Part shown: positions 37,822 to 46,809 of the stretch, in pieces
Numbering within the stretch: the first letter of the stretch is position 1
How the letters are laid out: each line of letters begins with the position of its first letter
The notes under the pieces: model-generated
Told to the model about the DNA's origin: nothing
The model's input: the letters and a program-made list of their open reading frames with translations, nothing else
Databases searched by the model: none
Virus record (IMG/VR): IMGVR_UViG_3300018080_000003
Location: 32,001 to 96,000 of that record
Strand: one strand, 5' to 3'
DNA: 64,000 nt
From: a virus
Position numbers and translations under genes: made by a program

Positions 37822-38255
37822 GATTCCCTTTCTGTGTCTTGGAGGAGAGTTCGGATGTCTCCTTGCATCGTGCCCCATGGCCAGGACTTGAGGACTTCTT
37901 CTGAAAGTCGCTCTCCCCGACAGATGGGTCGGGCTGAGAACTCGGGCTCTGCTTCGTCCTCGTGGTGAAACTCTTCGGCCACCTTGGCAGCTTCGCTGCG
38001 GCTGTTGGCGGTGACGTAGATCGTCTTGGTGACCTTCACTTCGTAGACGTTGGTCTCTGGGATCACTTTCAGCCCCATCAACCGTCGGCACTTGGAGCAG
38101 GTGGGGTAGCCCTTCTTCTCTCCGCCTCGGAACATGACGACGTAGCCGCAGAGCGTTTCGTCGGAGACAGCCTCTTCGTCCAGCTGGTTCTTGGCAGCGC
38201 ACCAGCCGGTGCGGTGACGGACGATCCAGCGCTTTTTGACGGCTACCCTTGGCAC
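37818..38255 (-). CDS. Hypothetical protein
   Basis: GGAGG SD, coupled to next gene. Confidence 0.6.
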   Translation of the reverse strand: MPRVAVKKRWIVRHRTGWCAAKNQLDEEAVSDETLCGYVVMFRGGEKKGYPTCSKCRRLMGLKVIPETNVYEVKVTKTIYVTANSRSEAAKVAEEFHHEDEAEPEFSARPICRGERLSEEVLKSWPWGTMQGDIRTLLQDTERES

Positions 38256-38358
38256 TCTTGAGACCTCCAGAGTCGTTCAGATTCCTGGTGGGATTCGTCG
38301 ATGGGTTTCTCGATGTCGTACTTTTTCGTGCATTTTGGTGGTGGTTGTCGGTAGGCGT

Positions 38359-38688
38359 TCATACCCATTTCTGGTAGTCGAACTTGACGTCGAGCTGGAA
38401 GCTGCCGTCGTACCCTTGCTTGAGGTCGACGAAGGTGATGCCACGTTTGGACTGGAGCGCATCTCTGACTTCCGCCGCCTCGTAGTTGCTTACCTCTCCG
38501 AGGTCGAAGCTTAGCTTCGAGTCGACCCGAAGCACTCCTCTGCTATGGAGCGAGTAGGTTTCCTGGAAGATCTTTTCAGCTTCGAGCGCGGCTCTTCGGC
38601 GCATGTCCGCGTAGCGGATCCACAGCCACGCAAACAGGATGACGAGGCTCAGATTCAGAGCAAGCCAAAGCATGACTAGCGCAGTCAT
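38359..38688 (-). CDS. Membrane protein
   Basis: N-terminal TM. Confidence 0.65.
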   Translation of the reverse strand: MTALVMLWLALNLSLVILFAWLWIRYADMRRRAALEAEKIFQETYSLHSRGVLRVDSKLSFDLGEVSNYEAAEVRDALQSKRGITFVDLKQGYDGSFQLDVKFDYQKWV

Positions 38689-39296
38689 CTCTCGAAAGTC
38701 TCAAGCCTGAGGAGGTCTCCGTAGAACTGATCTTGAGAGAGCTGCTCTTGAGCTTCTTCAGCAAGAGGAGCGTAGTTCAAGCCCTGAGGTTCGGGCTCGA
38801 AGGGCTGGGGAACACCGGCCGCTTTTTCTGCTTCTTTCCTGTCATGGGCGAGGAGGAGTCTTTCGAATTTTCCGCTTTCCCAAGCAGGTAGTCCTTCGCG
38901 AAGCAGCTTCTGAGCAGAGTAGACCACTCGGTAGCGGGTACTGTTTTCATGCAAGGACTCGTTGATGAAAACTGCCCAGAGCATCCCTTTTGGGAAGTAC
39001 TCCCGCCATGAGGCTACAGCCTCTCGGTCAGAGTCGCTGTCCGCATCGAAGATCCTCTCTGCGCTCAGTGGCTTGCCATCTTGAAACGACCTGGTGGCAA
39101 AGACCATCACGGAGGCCTTTCCTGAGCGTATAGCTTGGATGTTGGGCTCTTGAGAGAGAGCCTCGACCACAGCATCAGGGTCAGCCTCTACATCGAACTT
39201 GAAGTCCATCGTCTCACTGCTTGGGAGTCGAAGGTCTCGAAGTCTTTCTTGGATGATGAGAGTGATCTCTTTCGCTTCTTTTTCGGCTTCAACCAT
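38685..39296 (-). CDS. Hypothetical protein
   Basis: 203-aa ORF. Confidence 0.7.
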   Translation of the reverse strand: MVEAEKEAKEITLIIQERLRDLRLPSSETMDFKFDVEADPDAVVEALSQEPNIQAIRSGKASVMVFATRSFQDGKPLSAERIFDADSDSDREAVASWREYFPKGMLWAVFINESLHENSTRYRVVYSAQKLLREGLPAWESGKFERLLLAHDRKEAEKAAGVPQPFEPEPQGLNYAPLAEEAQEQLSQDQFYGDLLRLETFER

Positions 39297-39304
39297 GAAC
39301 GCAA

Positions 39305-39318
39305 GTTACGCTCGTAAC
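39305..39318. promoter_or_regulatory. GTWAC-N4-GTWAC operator-like site
   Basis: aGTTAC-gctc-GTAACt, 8 nt from start at 39296. Confidence 0.6.
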
Positions 39319-39327
39319 TGACTGAAG

Positions 39328-39951
39328 TCAACGCCTCTGACTCGTCTCGACGATCCAAGGCCACATCTTCTCTGCCCAGGCGGCGTAGCCGCTCATGTGC
39401 AGATGGATGCCGTCAGCGGCGCGAGGGAATTCGAGCGGGCGCGAGTCGTAGCGCGGGATACCGGTGTCTCGCCATGCTTGGCGGATGCTCTCGTTCTCGA
39501 TCCGTTTGGGTAGCAGCAGTGGCTCAACCCATGCGGGTTGCGCGCCGGCCTGTCGGATCCGTTGTAGCAGTTGCGCGATGCCAGGCTCAACACTCTTGCG
39601 CGAGCGGCCGAAGTCGTTGGCACCAAGGCTGATGATGACGAGGGTCGGGTTGAAGTCCAGAGCGCGGTCGATCTTGTAGCCGCTCTTCCAGTCGTTGATC
39701 CCTGACCCTACCTTCGGGTTGGCGAAGAAGGGGATGCCGCAGCACTCGCTCAGCGAGCGTAGGCGATGACTGAGTCCGACGCCGTACGAGTCGCCGATGA
39801 CAGCGATCCTAGTGGATGCGCTCGGACACGGGAATTCTTCACCGCATCGCTTGGGGACTTTGAACTCGGCTTGCTTTGGCTTGCTGCTCTGCAGCAGCAG
39901 GTAGGCGGCGCCGATGGCGACGCCGATGCCGAGGAGGTCGGTGGGCCTCAT
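39328..39951 (-). CDS. SGNH/GDSL hydrolase with N-terminal anchor
   Basis: IGDS, G, LGAND and DGIH blocks. Confidence 0.9.
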   Translation of the reverse strand: MRPTDLLGIGVAIGAAYLLLQSSKPKQAEFKVPKRCGEEFPCPSASTRIAVIGDSYGVGLSHRLRSLSECCGIPFFANPKVGSGINDWKSGYKIDRALDFNPTLVIISLGANDFGRSRKSVEPGIAQLLQRIRQAGAQPAWVEPLLLPKRIENESIRQAWRDTGIPRYDSRPLEFPRAADGIHLHMSGYAAWAEKMWPWIVETSQRR

Positions 39952-40181
39952 GACTCGCCTGTGATGATATCGCCGAAAAGATCTACGGTATTGAGTCCGC
40001 TGGCGTAGAAGTCGAGGATGGCAGCTTCGACGGCGTCTTCGAGAGAGCGTGACGAAGAGATCCCATGTCGAGCATCGTTGGTGACCTCATCTGGGTCGGC
40101 GATGGTCACAGTGTACTCGTCCTTGTCATGTGCCATGACGACGATCATACCAGCTCTCAGAAGTCTTGCGATTTCTTCCAT
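39948..40181 (-). CDS. Hypothetical protein
   Basis: Short ORF in operon. Confidence 0.5.
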   Translation of the reverse strand: MEEIARLLRAGMIVVMAHDKDEYTVTIADPDEVTNDARHGISSSRSLEDAVEAAILDFYASGLNTVDLFGDIITGES

Positions 40182-40186
40182 CTGGC

Positions 40187-40858
40187 TCACCAGACAGCGC
40201 AGGCGTCTCCGAACCAAGCGGCGAAAGTGTCCATGGCATCGAAGACGACATCCTTCTTCTCTACGCGATGGTAGTGAAGGCCCCAGGGGCGGTCTTTGTT
40301 GGGTCGAGGAGAGCCAGCGTTGTAGGCGGCGTAGACGAGGATCGGATCCCAGTAGCAGGTGTAGCGTTCGTTGATCTGCCGAAGCATTTCTGCTCCGAGG
40401 AGGACACTGGCGGTGTTGTTGTGTAGGACGCGTCGCCACTCTTGCAGGTTCCCTCCTTGAGGGATGGGTTTCATGTGGGCGATGTCTTTGCGGTGGAGGT
40501 GAGGGGCAGAGCGAGCGATCCCCCAGGCGGTCTTGGTCAAAGTCTGCATGACCCCGATGCTCCAGTCATTGAGGTGCTTCTCGTAGCGTTCTCCGCCGTC
40601 GTGGCCGCCGGACTCGTTGGCGATGGTGGCGGCGAGCAGCTGGATGGGCACACCGGTGTCGAGGAAGACTTGCTCCATCAGTTCGCCGAATCGGTCTTTG
40701 ATCCGCGTCAGGGTCTTCGGCTCACCTCGGGTGCGCCTGACGGAGCTTTCTCCTTGGACAAGTACGCCTTCTGGAACGATTTTCCAGATGTGGCCCTTGG
40801 TGCCCTTGATGCGGTGAAAGCGCTCGGGGTCCCAGGTTTCGCAGTCTTCGACCAACAT
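40187..40858 (-). CDS. Lytic transglycosylase (SLT domain)
   Basis: IANESGG, GVMQ and AAYNAG motifs. Confidence 0.9.
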   Translation of the reverse strand: MLVEDCETWDPERFHRIKGTKGHIWKIVPEGVLVQGESSVRRTRGEPKTLTRIKDRFGELMEQVFLDTGVPIQLLAATIANESGGHDGGERYEKHLNDWSIGVMQTLTKTAWGIARSAPHLHRKDIAHMKPIPQGGNLQEWRRVLHNNTASVLLGAEMLRQINERYTCYWDPILVYAAYNAGSPRPNKDRPWGLHYHRVEKKDVVFDAMDTFAAWFGDACAVW

Positions 40859-40904
40859 GCCCTTTGCATGCTATCATGCGGGGAGCTACCGGTCAGGATT
40901 CAGG

Positions 40905-41507
40905 ATGTCAGATGAAGGCAGTTGGGGCTTCAAAGGCCTGAAGGGTCGGGCGCTTGAGTTTCCGTCGGCACCAGATGTTGAGCCGGCTCCGTCTGGTCGT
41001 GCCCGGATGCGTTACAACCCTGGGACTGGCGAGCTTGAAGCCAGCCTGGATGGCGCCCCCTTCGAGGTCGTGCAAGTTGGTGCCGCTCCGGCTGTTTCTC
41101 GTTTCTTTCCGGCCAACTACAACCAGAACGCGGGACGTTTTCGTGTTCGTACTCAGAACAGCAACGGGGACTTCAACTACACTTTTGTGGTTCCCGACGA
41201 GGCCACGACAGTTATCTCGATCGATCTCATCGGCTTCGCTTCTTCGGGCGGCGCGACCGGCCCGAACAAGAACATCGACTTGTTCAGTGAGTTCGGGGGT
41301 AACGGTCAGCCGAGGAACCTCAACGCGCAAGCCGACACTGGCACGCTCTACACCATCCCTCCGGTCAACGAGCTGTTCACCATCGACTTGCTTCCGGTCT
41401 TCGTGGGCGTAGCTGGGGGCGATCGATGTGGGATCGAGGTGGATCACACGAACGTTGGCGGGAACATCTCATACCTCGGGATCAACATCTCCTACACGAC
41501 CTCCTGA
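40905..41507 (+). CDS. Spike/fibre protein 5 (shared adaptor, short head)
   Basis: GSWGFKG..RALEFP..GRARMRYN..ELEASLDG. Confidence 0.75.
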   Translation: MSDEGSWGFKGLKGRALEFPSAPDVEPAPSGRARMRYNPGTGELEASLDGAPFEVVQVGAAPAVSRFFPANYNQNAGRFRVRTQNSNGDFNYTFVVPDEATTVISIDLIGFASSGGATGPNKNIDLFSEFGGNGQPRNLNAQADTGTLYTIPPVNELFTIDLLPVFVGVAGGDRCGIEVDHTNVGGNISYLGINISYTTS

Positions 41508-41513
41508 CAAGCC

Positions 41514-41939
41514 ATGACTGTTCTGCTTTACAACCGCGGCACGACGCCTTCTGGCGAATTTGCCATCAACAACCCGGAAGCGCCGGCTCCGTTGGCCAAA
41601 CAGATCCAGGCTTCGTTCCCTGATCGCGTCGTCCGTGTGAGCTGTGCGGGACTGGAGTGTACTGTAGAGGTTGTTCCTGACCTGACTCCTGCGGAGACAG
41701 AGCAAGTCAACAACATCGTCTCGCTGCACAAGACGGCGACAGGGTTCAACCTGGATACGGTGACCCCTCCGGTCACGCTCGGCGTCTACGCAGAGGCAGA
41801 ATTGCCTGACCCCGCCACCGTGGCTGAAGGGCCATTCAGCGGCCTGGCAGTGGTCGAGCCTGCGGGGGGAGGCGCCCCGATTCTCGTGTTCGCGACGCCC
41901 AGTGGATGGCTTCGAGCAGACGGCGTGCCCTTCGGCTGA
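41514..41939 (+). CDS. Hypothetical, probable virion/spike partner protein
   Basis: Co-oriented with spike 5. Confidence 0.65.
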   Translation: MTVLLYNRGTTPSGEFAINNPEAPAPLAKQIQASFPDRVVRVSCAGLECTVEVVPDLTPAETEQVNNIVSLHKTATGFNLDTVTPPVTLGVYAEAELPDPATVAEGPFSGLAVVEPAGGGAPILVFATPSGWLRADGVPFG

Positions 41940-41948
41940 TAGGCTTGT

Positions 41949-42009
41949 AGAGCGCCCTCTCTAGGTCAGAACCCACATCCATTCTGAAGGCCTCTTGAGA
42001 GGGCGCTTT
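41949..42009. terminator. Hairpin between convergent gene blocks
   Basis: agagcgccctctc..gagagggcgcttt. Confidence 0.6.
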
Positions 42010-42236
42010 CATACGTTCCAGCCGGTGAAGCGCATGTTCTTGATCAGCGCGAAGCGGGTGGGCTTCAGCTGTCCTTGGATGATCTCGTGGTCGAGTCGTC
42101 CATCTCGGTATCGGATGAGCTTGATCTGACCAGGTCCTGGGAGGCAGGGGCTGTCGGGACCAGCGGGGGTGTTGGGGATGCTGGTGTAGTGTCCCTCTTC
42201 GATGTCGAGGTAGCTCGTAGCTACAATGTCGTTCAT
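42009..42236 (-). CDS. Hypothetical protein
   Basis: Coupled ORF. Confidence 0.55.
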   Translation of the reverse strand: MNDIVATSYLDIEEGHYTSIPNTPAGPDSPCLPGPGQIKLIRYRDGRLDHEIIQGQLKPTRFALIKNMRFTGWNV

Positions 42237-42496
42237 GAGTTCTTCTTCTTCTTCTTCTTCTTCAGAAAGCCGATGATCTCTCGGAATTGCTTGGCGGTCA
42301 TGGTGACGATCATCTGATCGCTCATGGTTTCGAGGTCGTTGAGGTCGTCGTCGGACCAAATCCACTTGCCGTCTCGTTCTTCGCATGCGGAACGCATCCG
42401 CTCAAGCTGAGAGCGGAGCTTGTCGCGCTCGGCTTCAGCCTGGATGAGGGCTTCGGCGAGTGTGTGGCTCTTGATACCAGAAGCAACGTGGCTCAT
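42233..42496 (-). CDS. Hypothetical protein with poly-Lys tail
   Basis: (AAG)n microsatellite at 3' end. Confidence 0.6.
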   Translation of the reverse strand: MSHVASGIKSHTLAEALIQAEAERDKLRSQLERMRSACEERDGKWIWSDDDLNDLETMSDQMIVTMTAKQFREIIGFLKKKKKKKNS

Positions 42497-43104
42497 GACT
42501 CTTTCTCTTCAATCTTCTTGATGGCTTCACCGAAGTGCTTAAGCGCTTCGTAGAACTGGTCTTCATCGAACCAGTAGCTCAGTCGGTAGCGTGGTTTGTC
42601 CCTGATGTCGGTCTTGGCGATGATGTACGGAGCGGCAGTGGCCTGTCTAGCACGGGCCTCGTCGAGCTGTTTGTACATCGACTGGAGCAGCTCTTTGCCT
42701 TGGTTCTTCTCTTGGAGAGCTTGCAAAGCCTTGTTGACGTGTTCGACGATCTTGTCGAGGTTGAAGGTGCCATCTTTGCGTACCTTGAAGGTCTTGTCGG
42801 GGACAACCTTCCGGCCATGTAGGCGTACGCCTTCGACGGTCAGCTCGGGATTCTTGGTGCTCCAGCTTTGGAATCCTCCAGCAGAGTGTCGAAATTCTTC
42901 TCTGATCCAAACAGAGACGTTCCCGTGCGGGTTGAGTCGTTTGAGGTCTGCGTTTGAGACGAACATCTGCTGAGGTCTATCCCAACTGCTGCTCGTCTTT
43001 GCGTCCAAGACCTTGAAGTCTTCTTCGCAGAATCGGCTGAAGGCCTGGTTCCAGGCTCGCTTCATCTTCGAAGAGAGGCTGAGTTCTTCGTATTTCTTGT
43101 TCAT
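42493..43104 (-). CDS. Hypothetical protein
   Basis: AAAGGGGA SD, 203 aa. Confidence 0.75.
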   Translation of the reverse strand: MNKKYEELSLSSKMKRAWNQAFSRFCEEDFKVLDAKTSSSWDRPQQMFVSNADLKRLNPHGNVSVWIREEFRHSAGGFQSWSTKNPELTVEGVRLHGRKVVPDKTFKVRKDGTFNLDKIVEHVNKALQALQEKNQGKELLQSMYKQLDEARARQATAAPYIIAKTDIRDKPRYRLSYWFDEDQFYEALKHFGEAIKKIEEKES

Positions 43105-43124
43105 TTGTTGTTCCCCTTTCTTAG

Positions 43125-43196
43125 AGCCACCAACAGGAGTCGAACCTGCAACCGTCGCCTTACAAGAGCGCTGCTCTACCGTTGAGCCATGGTGGC
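43125..43196 (-). tRNA. tRNA-Thr(UGU)
   Basis: GCCACCA acceptor, GCTC/GAGC D stem, CTTGTAA anticodon loop, GGTTCGACTCC T arm, no encoded CCA. Confidence 0.92.
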
Positions 43197-43198
43197 GA

Positions 43199-43567
43199 TC
43201 AAGGCTTATCTCCTCTCAGGCACCTGCCATGGTGTCCGAGGGCGAGAACGCACCCACCTCTCTGGCAAGTGACGATGTTGTAGGACGTAGCGCCGTCCGC
43301 CCCTCGGGGCGGTGCGGGGTGGGTAGCCGCCATCGGGCGGCCCTTCAAAAGCTCGTGCTCTTGGCGATATACTTTGGCCCAGGCTTCGAGGTCGGCGGTG
43401 TTTCTGGTGTCGGGGTAGTTGAAGCGGGGGAGGCCGCAGGCGCACTTCTGACCGCATCCGCAGTGACAGAAGAAGCCGCACCAGTTCTCTTCCTCTTTGG
43501 GCTTCTCTTCAGTGCACACGCAGACGCACTTCTCTCCTTCACACCACGGGCAGGTGGGGTCATTCAT
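43199..43567 (-). CDS. Cys-rich hypothetical protein
   Basis: About 13 Cys. Confidence 0.55.
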   Translation of the reverse strand: MNDPTCPWCEGEKCVCVCTEEKPKEEENWCGFFCHCGCGQKCACGLPRFNYPDTRNTADLEAWAKVYRQEHELLKGRPMAATHPAPPRGADGATSYNIVTCQRGGCVLALGHHGRCLRGDKP

Positions 43568-43833
43568 GGCGACTCGGGGCTCTCTTCTGGAAGCTGAAGC
43601 CACCAGTACTCTTCTCGCTGGGTCACGAGGCCTTGCTTCCGGAGGTAGTTGAGGTGAAACCAAGCAGTCTGGTAGGACATGTCGATGGCTTCGGCGACTT
43701 CGCTGGTGGATGCGCACTCAAGCGCGTGGATGCAGCGGATGACTTGACCTCGGGTGGTCTGGCTGGCGATCCAACAGAGGTGGCGGTCGGGCAGCTTTCG
43801 GACCTCTTCTGCCTCCCAGCGAGCGTCACTCAT
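43564..43833 (-). CDS. Winged-helix HTH protein
   Basis: TSEVAEAIDMSYQTAWFHLNYLRKQGLV. Confidence 0.8.
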   Translation of the reverse strand: MSDARWEAEEVRKLPDRHLCWIASQTTRGQVIRCIHALECASTSEVAEAIDMSYQTAWFHLNYLRKQGLVTQREEYWWLQLPEESPESP

Positions 43834-44026
43834 CAATCTTCTTGCTCCTCGTTAGAGGGAGGAAGGGTGCAGGTGTGAGGATGAGCAGGATTCCGATGAC
43901 CAGGATCAGCTGGTCGAGGTCGCTCACCTTCTCATACACAGCCTTAACTCACTCCTAGCTTGGATTTCAGCCTCTTGAGGTCGTCCATCTCTCCATCCAG
44001 CCATCGTTCTCGCTTTTGGATGAAGT

Positions 44027-44332
44027 CTAAAGCCTCTTGGCTTTTCCCAGAGATGGCTTTCTTGATCGCTTCTGAGTGGATTCGCAGTCTTGGACAAGGA
44101 AGGTCTCGTTGGAGCTGCCGATGAAGTGGTCGGGATGGATGACACTGATGGTCCAGGCGCCGTATCTGGGATCACGGAAGATCAGAATACGAGAGCCTTC
44201 GGTGAAGAGGCTGTACTCCTGGATGAAGTCGAAGAGGTCTTCGATTCCGAGTTCGGATTTCTCCTTCATAACTCCTCGCTGCTCTTGCAACTCTTGGATG
44301 GCCTTCTTCAGGTCTTCTTGCTTCGGCATCAC
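44027..44332 (-). CDS. Hypothetical protein
   Basis: Coupled ORF. Confidence 0.6.
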   Translation of the reverse strand: MMPKQEDLKKAIQELQEQRGVMKEKSELGIEDLFDFIQEYSLFTEGSRILIFRDPRYGAWTISVIHPDHFIGSSNETFLVQDCESTQKRSRKPSLGKAKRL

Positions 44333-44613
44333 GGTCCCTCCATCATGATGTCGATACCTTCTTTCTTGAAGACCTTGGCGAAGTGCTTGCGGATGGTCTT
44401 GATGGCGTCTTCGACGCTGAGGATGGTTCCAGGTACGCCCATGTACTCCACGACAAAGGTGTTCTCGCGTGGAATTTGGTACTTTCGGATGGCACTGCTG
44501 AGAGCCTGACCTGCGTTACCGGTGGTCTGCACTCTGAGGGCGCTCGCCATCTCTCCTTGGGAGGTGTAGGTGGTGACGCGGTACTCGTGTTGCTCGATCT
44601 TCCTTCTTGGCAT
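44329..44613 (-). CDS. Hypothetical protein
   Basis: Coupled ORF. Confidence 0.65.
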   Translation of the reverse strand: MPRRKIEQHEYRVTTYTSQGEMASALRVQTTGNAGQALSSAIRKYQIPRENTFVVEYMGVPGTILSVEDAIKTIRKHFAKVFKKEGIDIMMEGP

Positions 44614-45011
44614 TATCCCAACCTCTCGTGCCTTTGTGCCACCTCGATCGCCTCCTTGGCCTCTTTGAGTCCGAGGCCAGTGGTCTCTCGCAGCTGCTTG
44701 ATGGCAGGGATCTTTCCGATCCTGCCGTCGGGACCGGGCTGGTGAAGGATTTTCGCGGCGGACAACACTTTGTTGACGAACACGTCGAGCCCTAGGTAGG
44801 TAGGCCGATAGGGTTTCAGTGCTTCCTTGATTTCGTCCTTCAGCGTGTTGCGTGTCCGGAAGGCTTGGATGATGTCGTCAGCGGTACTGATGGCTGTTGA
44901 TGCTGCCATGAGTACGCCCTGGTTTTGACGGATGGCGGCGACTACAGCCATTTTCCACAGCTCGGCCTCGTCTTTGTTGATGAATGGGCGGTCTTTTTCT
45001 TTGATGGGCAT
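44613..45011 (-). CDS. Protein with ribosomal bL12 C-terminal-like domain
   Basis: KIPAIKQLRETTGLGLKEAKEAIE. Confidence 0.8.
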   Translation of the reverse strand: MPIKEKDRPFINKDEAELWKMAVVAAIRQNQGVLMAASTAISTADDIIQAFRTRNTLKDEIKEALKPYRPTYLGLDVFVNKVLSAAKILHQPGPDGRIGKIPAIKQLRETTGLGLKEAKEAIEVAQRHERLG

Positions 45012-45014
45012 GGT

Positions 45015-45188
45015 TTACTCGTGACGAAGCTCTCGAAGGTCGATGCCATCGGAATCGGCACATTCGAGCCGGACGTCGATCTCTTCGCGCATGGCGAGAA
45101 GCGCGCGGTAGTAGTCTTCGATCTGCAAGTCTGCAGCTCTATCTGCGAGCTGGTTCATGCGCTCGCGGTATTCTTCGAGGTTGTTCAT
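45015..45188 (-). CDS. Hypothetical protein
   Basis: Short helical ORF. Confidence 0.55.
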   Translation of the reverse strand: MNNLEEYRERMNQLADRAADLQIEDYYRALLAMREEIDVRLECADSDGIDLRELRHE

Positions 45189-45207
45189 CAGACCTTCTCT
45201 TCCTTTT

Positions 45208-45522
45208 CTACAGCTGGCATGATGTCTCTTCCTCTTTTCTCGCTTCATCGGCGAGGTACTTGTGGTCGTCGCAGTAGCAGACGCTTTTGAAGCTTCCGAA
45301 GGCGAGATGGCGTCCGTTCTTGGAGCAGGTGACGCCCTTGCGGCGGAAGCCGCAGCGCATGGGGATGACTTTGGGTGGCGGTCCGCCGCGGCGGGTTCCT
45401 CCGGGCTTGCGTCGGATGTAGCCCCAGTCGCCGCAGGTCGTACAGATGCGGCGGTTCTTGTGGAAGTCGTCGTAGAAGGGCCCCCAAGTGTGGTTTCCGG
45501 GGGCGCAGCTTGGCTTACTCAT
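45208..45522 (-). CDS. Cys/His-rich basic protein
   Basis: CTTCG and YCDDH motifs. Confidence 0.55.
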   Translation of the reverse strand: MSKPSCAPGNHTWGPFYDDFHKNRRICTTCGDWGYIRRKPGGTRRGGPPPKVIPMRCGFRRKGVTCSKNGRHLAFGSFKSVCYCDDHKYLADEARKEEETSCQL

Positions 45523-45694
45523 GGTTCTCTGGACGTTCGTAGATGTTGACGATCCAAACGTTTCTCTTCTTCTCTTGTGTCGGTTCACAGCAACAAGCGT
45601 TTTGGGTCAGTTTCGATGCGATGAGCCAAGAGATCGAGACGCTGATTGCGATGAGGAAGAGGCCTTCCAAGGTTCTTTTGTCGTGTCTGCTCAT
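45515..45694 (-). CDS. Small membrane protein
   Basis: 59 aa with one TM, coupled both sides. Confidence 0.5.
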   Translation of the reverse strand: MSRHDKRTLEGLFLIAISVSISWLIASKLTQNACCCEPTQEKKRNVWIVNIYERPENHE

Positions 45695-46809
45695 GTTCTA
45701 ATCTCAGGGCTCCACTCCTCAGGGTTGAGTCCGTAGGTCCAGGCGTTCGCTTGACGCGCTGTCGTCATCTCGGGCGGGACCGGCAGCACGAACGTGCGCC
45801 CGGTCCCGCACCGCACCTGCAGGAACTGCTCACCGGGCGCGTCAGGCAGATCCACGCGCAGCAGCTTGCCCACCTCCGGGCTGTCCTCGTCGACCACGAC
45901 GGGCGACAACTGGTCAAGGACCTTGTCCCAGCCGACGATCTCAGCCAAGCACCGCCGCTGCTCGATGTTCTCCCAGGTCAGCGCCAGCTTGGGGTCGACG
46001 TCGGCTGTCTGCTCGATCCAATCCGCTGGCACCCGTGTGCCGTGCCACGCGTGCACGGCGAACCCGTCGCGGCACAGGATGGCCGGGCCATCTTCGCAAT
46101 GTAGGCGTCGCTCAGCGTCGAAGCGGACGCGTTCGTGTCGCTCCGCGCAAAAGCACACGCCCTCGTATGGGAACCACCACCCCGACGCTGCCGCTAGGCG
46201 CTCCCATTGCCGTAGTAGCTCATCATCCTTCGAGGCGTATTCCGCCCCCGCGACGTCACGGCAAGCCGCATAGTGGCCTATCCAGAATCCCGGCTGCGCG
46301 AGGTGCCAGCCGTTGTCCAGCTCCCTGCGGGCCTGGCCCCCGAGCTGGCCCCCGAGCTGGCCCCAGAGCTGGTCCCAGAGCTGGCCCCAGAGCTGGCCCC
46401 CGAGCTGGCCCCAGAGCTGGCCCCCGAGCTGGCCCCAGAGCTGGTCCCAGAGCTGGCCCCAGAGCTGGCCCCCGAGCTGGCCCCGGAGCGGGCCCCGGAG
46501 CTGGCCCCCGAGCTGGCCCCAGAGCTGGCCCCCGAGCTGGCCCCCGAGCTGGCCCCCGAGCTGGCCCCGGAGCTTGCCCCTCTTTGAGAGGCTCGCCACG
46601 AGCGTGGCTTCTAGGCAACTAGCCAGCGGCCCGCTTCCCCAAACGAACGCCGGCCGATCTTTGCCAATGCGCCGGTAGAAGCCTGTGATCACCTCCTCGG
46701 TGGTCTCCCGGTCTGCCGGGTCTGTGCACGAGCCGATAGCTACCCAGCGCTCACGCTCGCGCGCCACAGCGGCCCACTGATCTGCGCTCAGCGCTTCAAT
46801 CCTCGACAC
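45691..46809 (-). CDS. DUF6745-like protein with GQL(W/G/R) tetrapeptide repeats
   Basis: [46 protein letters not shown]. Confidence 0.8.
   Translation of the reverse strand: MSRIEALSADQWAAVARERERWVAIGSCTDPADRETTEEVITGFYRRIGKDRPAFVWGSGPLASCLEATLVASLSKRGKLRGQLGGQLGGQLGGQLWGQLGGQLRGPLRGQLGGQLWGQLWDQLWGQLGGQLWGQLGGQLWGQLWDQLWGQLGGQLGGQARRELDNGWHLAQPGFWIGHYAACRDVAGAEYASKDDELLRQWERLAAASGWWFPYEGVCFCAERHERVRFDAERRLHCEDGPAILCRDGFAVHAWHGTRVPADWIEQTADVDPKLALTWENIEQRRCLAEIVGWDKVLDQLSPVVVDEDSPEVGKLLRVDLPDAPGEQFLQVRCGTGRTFVLPVPPEMTTARQANAWTYGLNPEEWSPEIRT
46333..46573. repeat. 12-bp tandem repeat, about 20 copies
   Basis: (gagctggccccN)n encoding [12 protein letters not shown]. Confidence 0.95.

Noticed and set aside
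42239-42263. (TTC)n microsatellite as a phase-variation switch
   Set aside because: Triplet unit preserves frame and lies at the extreme 3' end of a small gene.
46333-46573. Possible CRISPR array
   Set aside because: Contiguous 12-bp units with no spacers, in frame within a protein.
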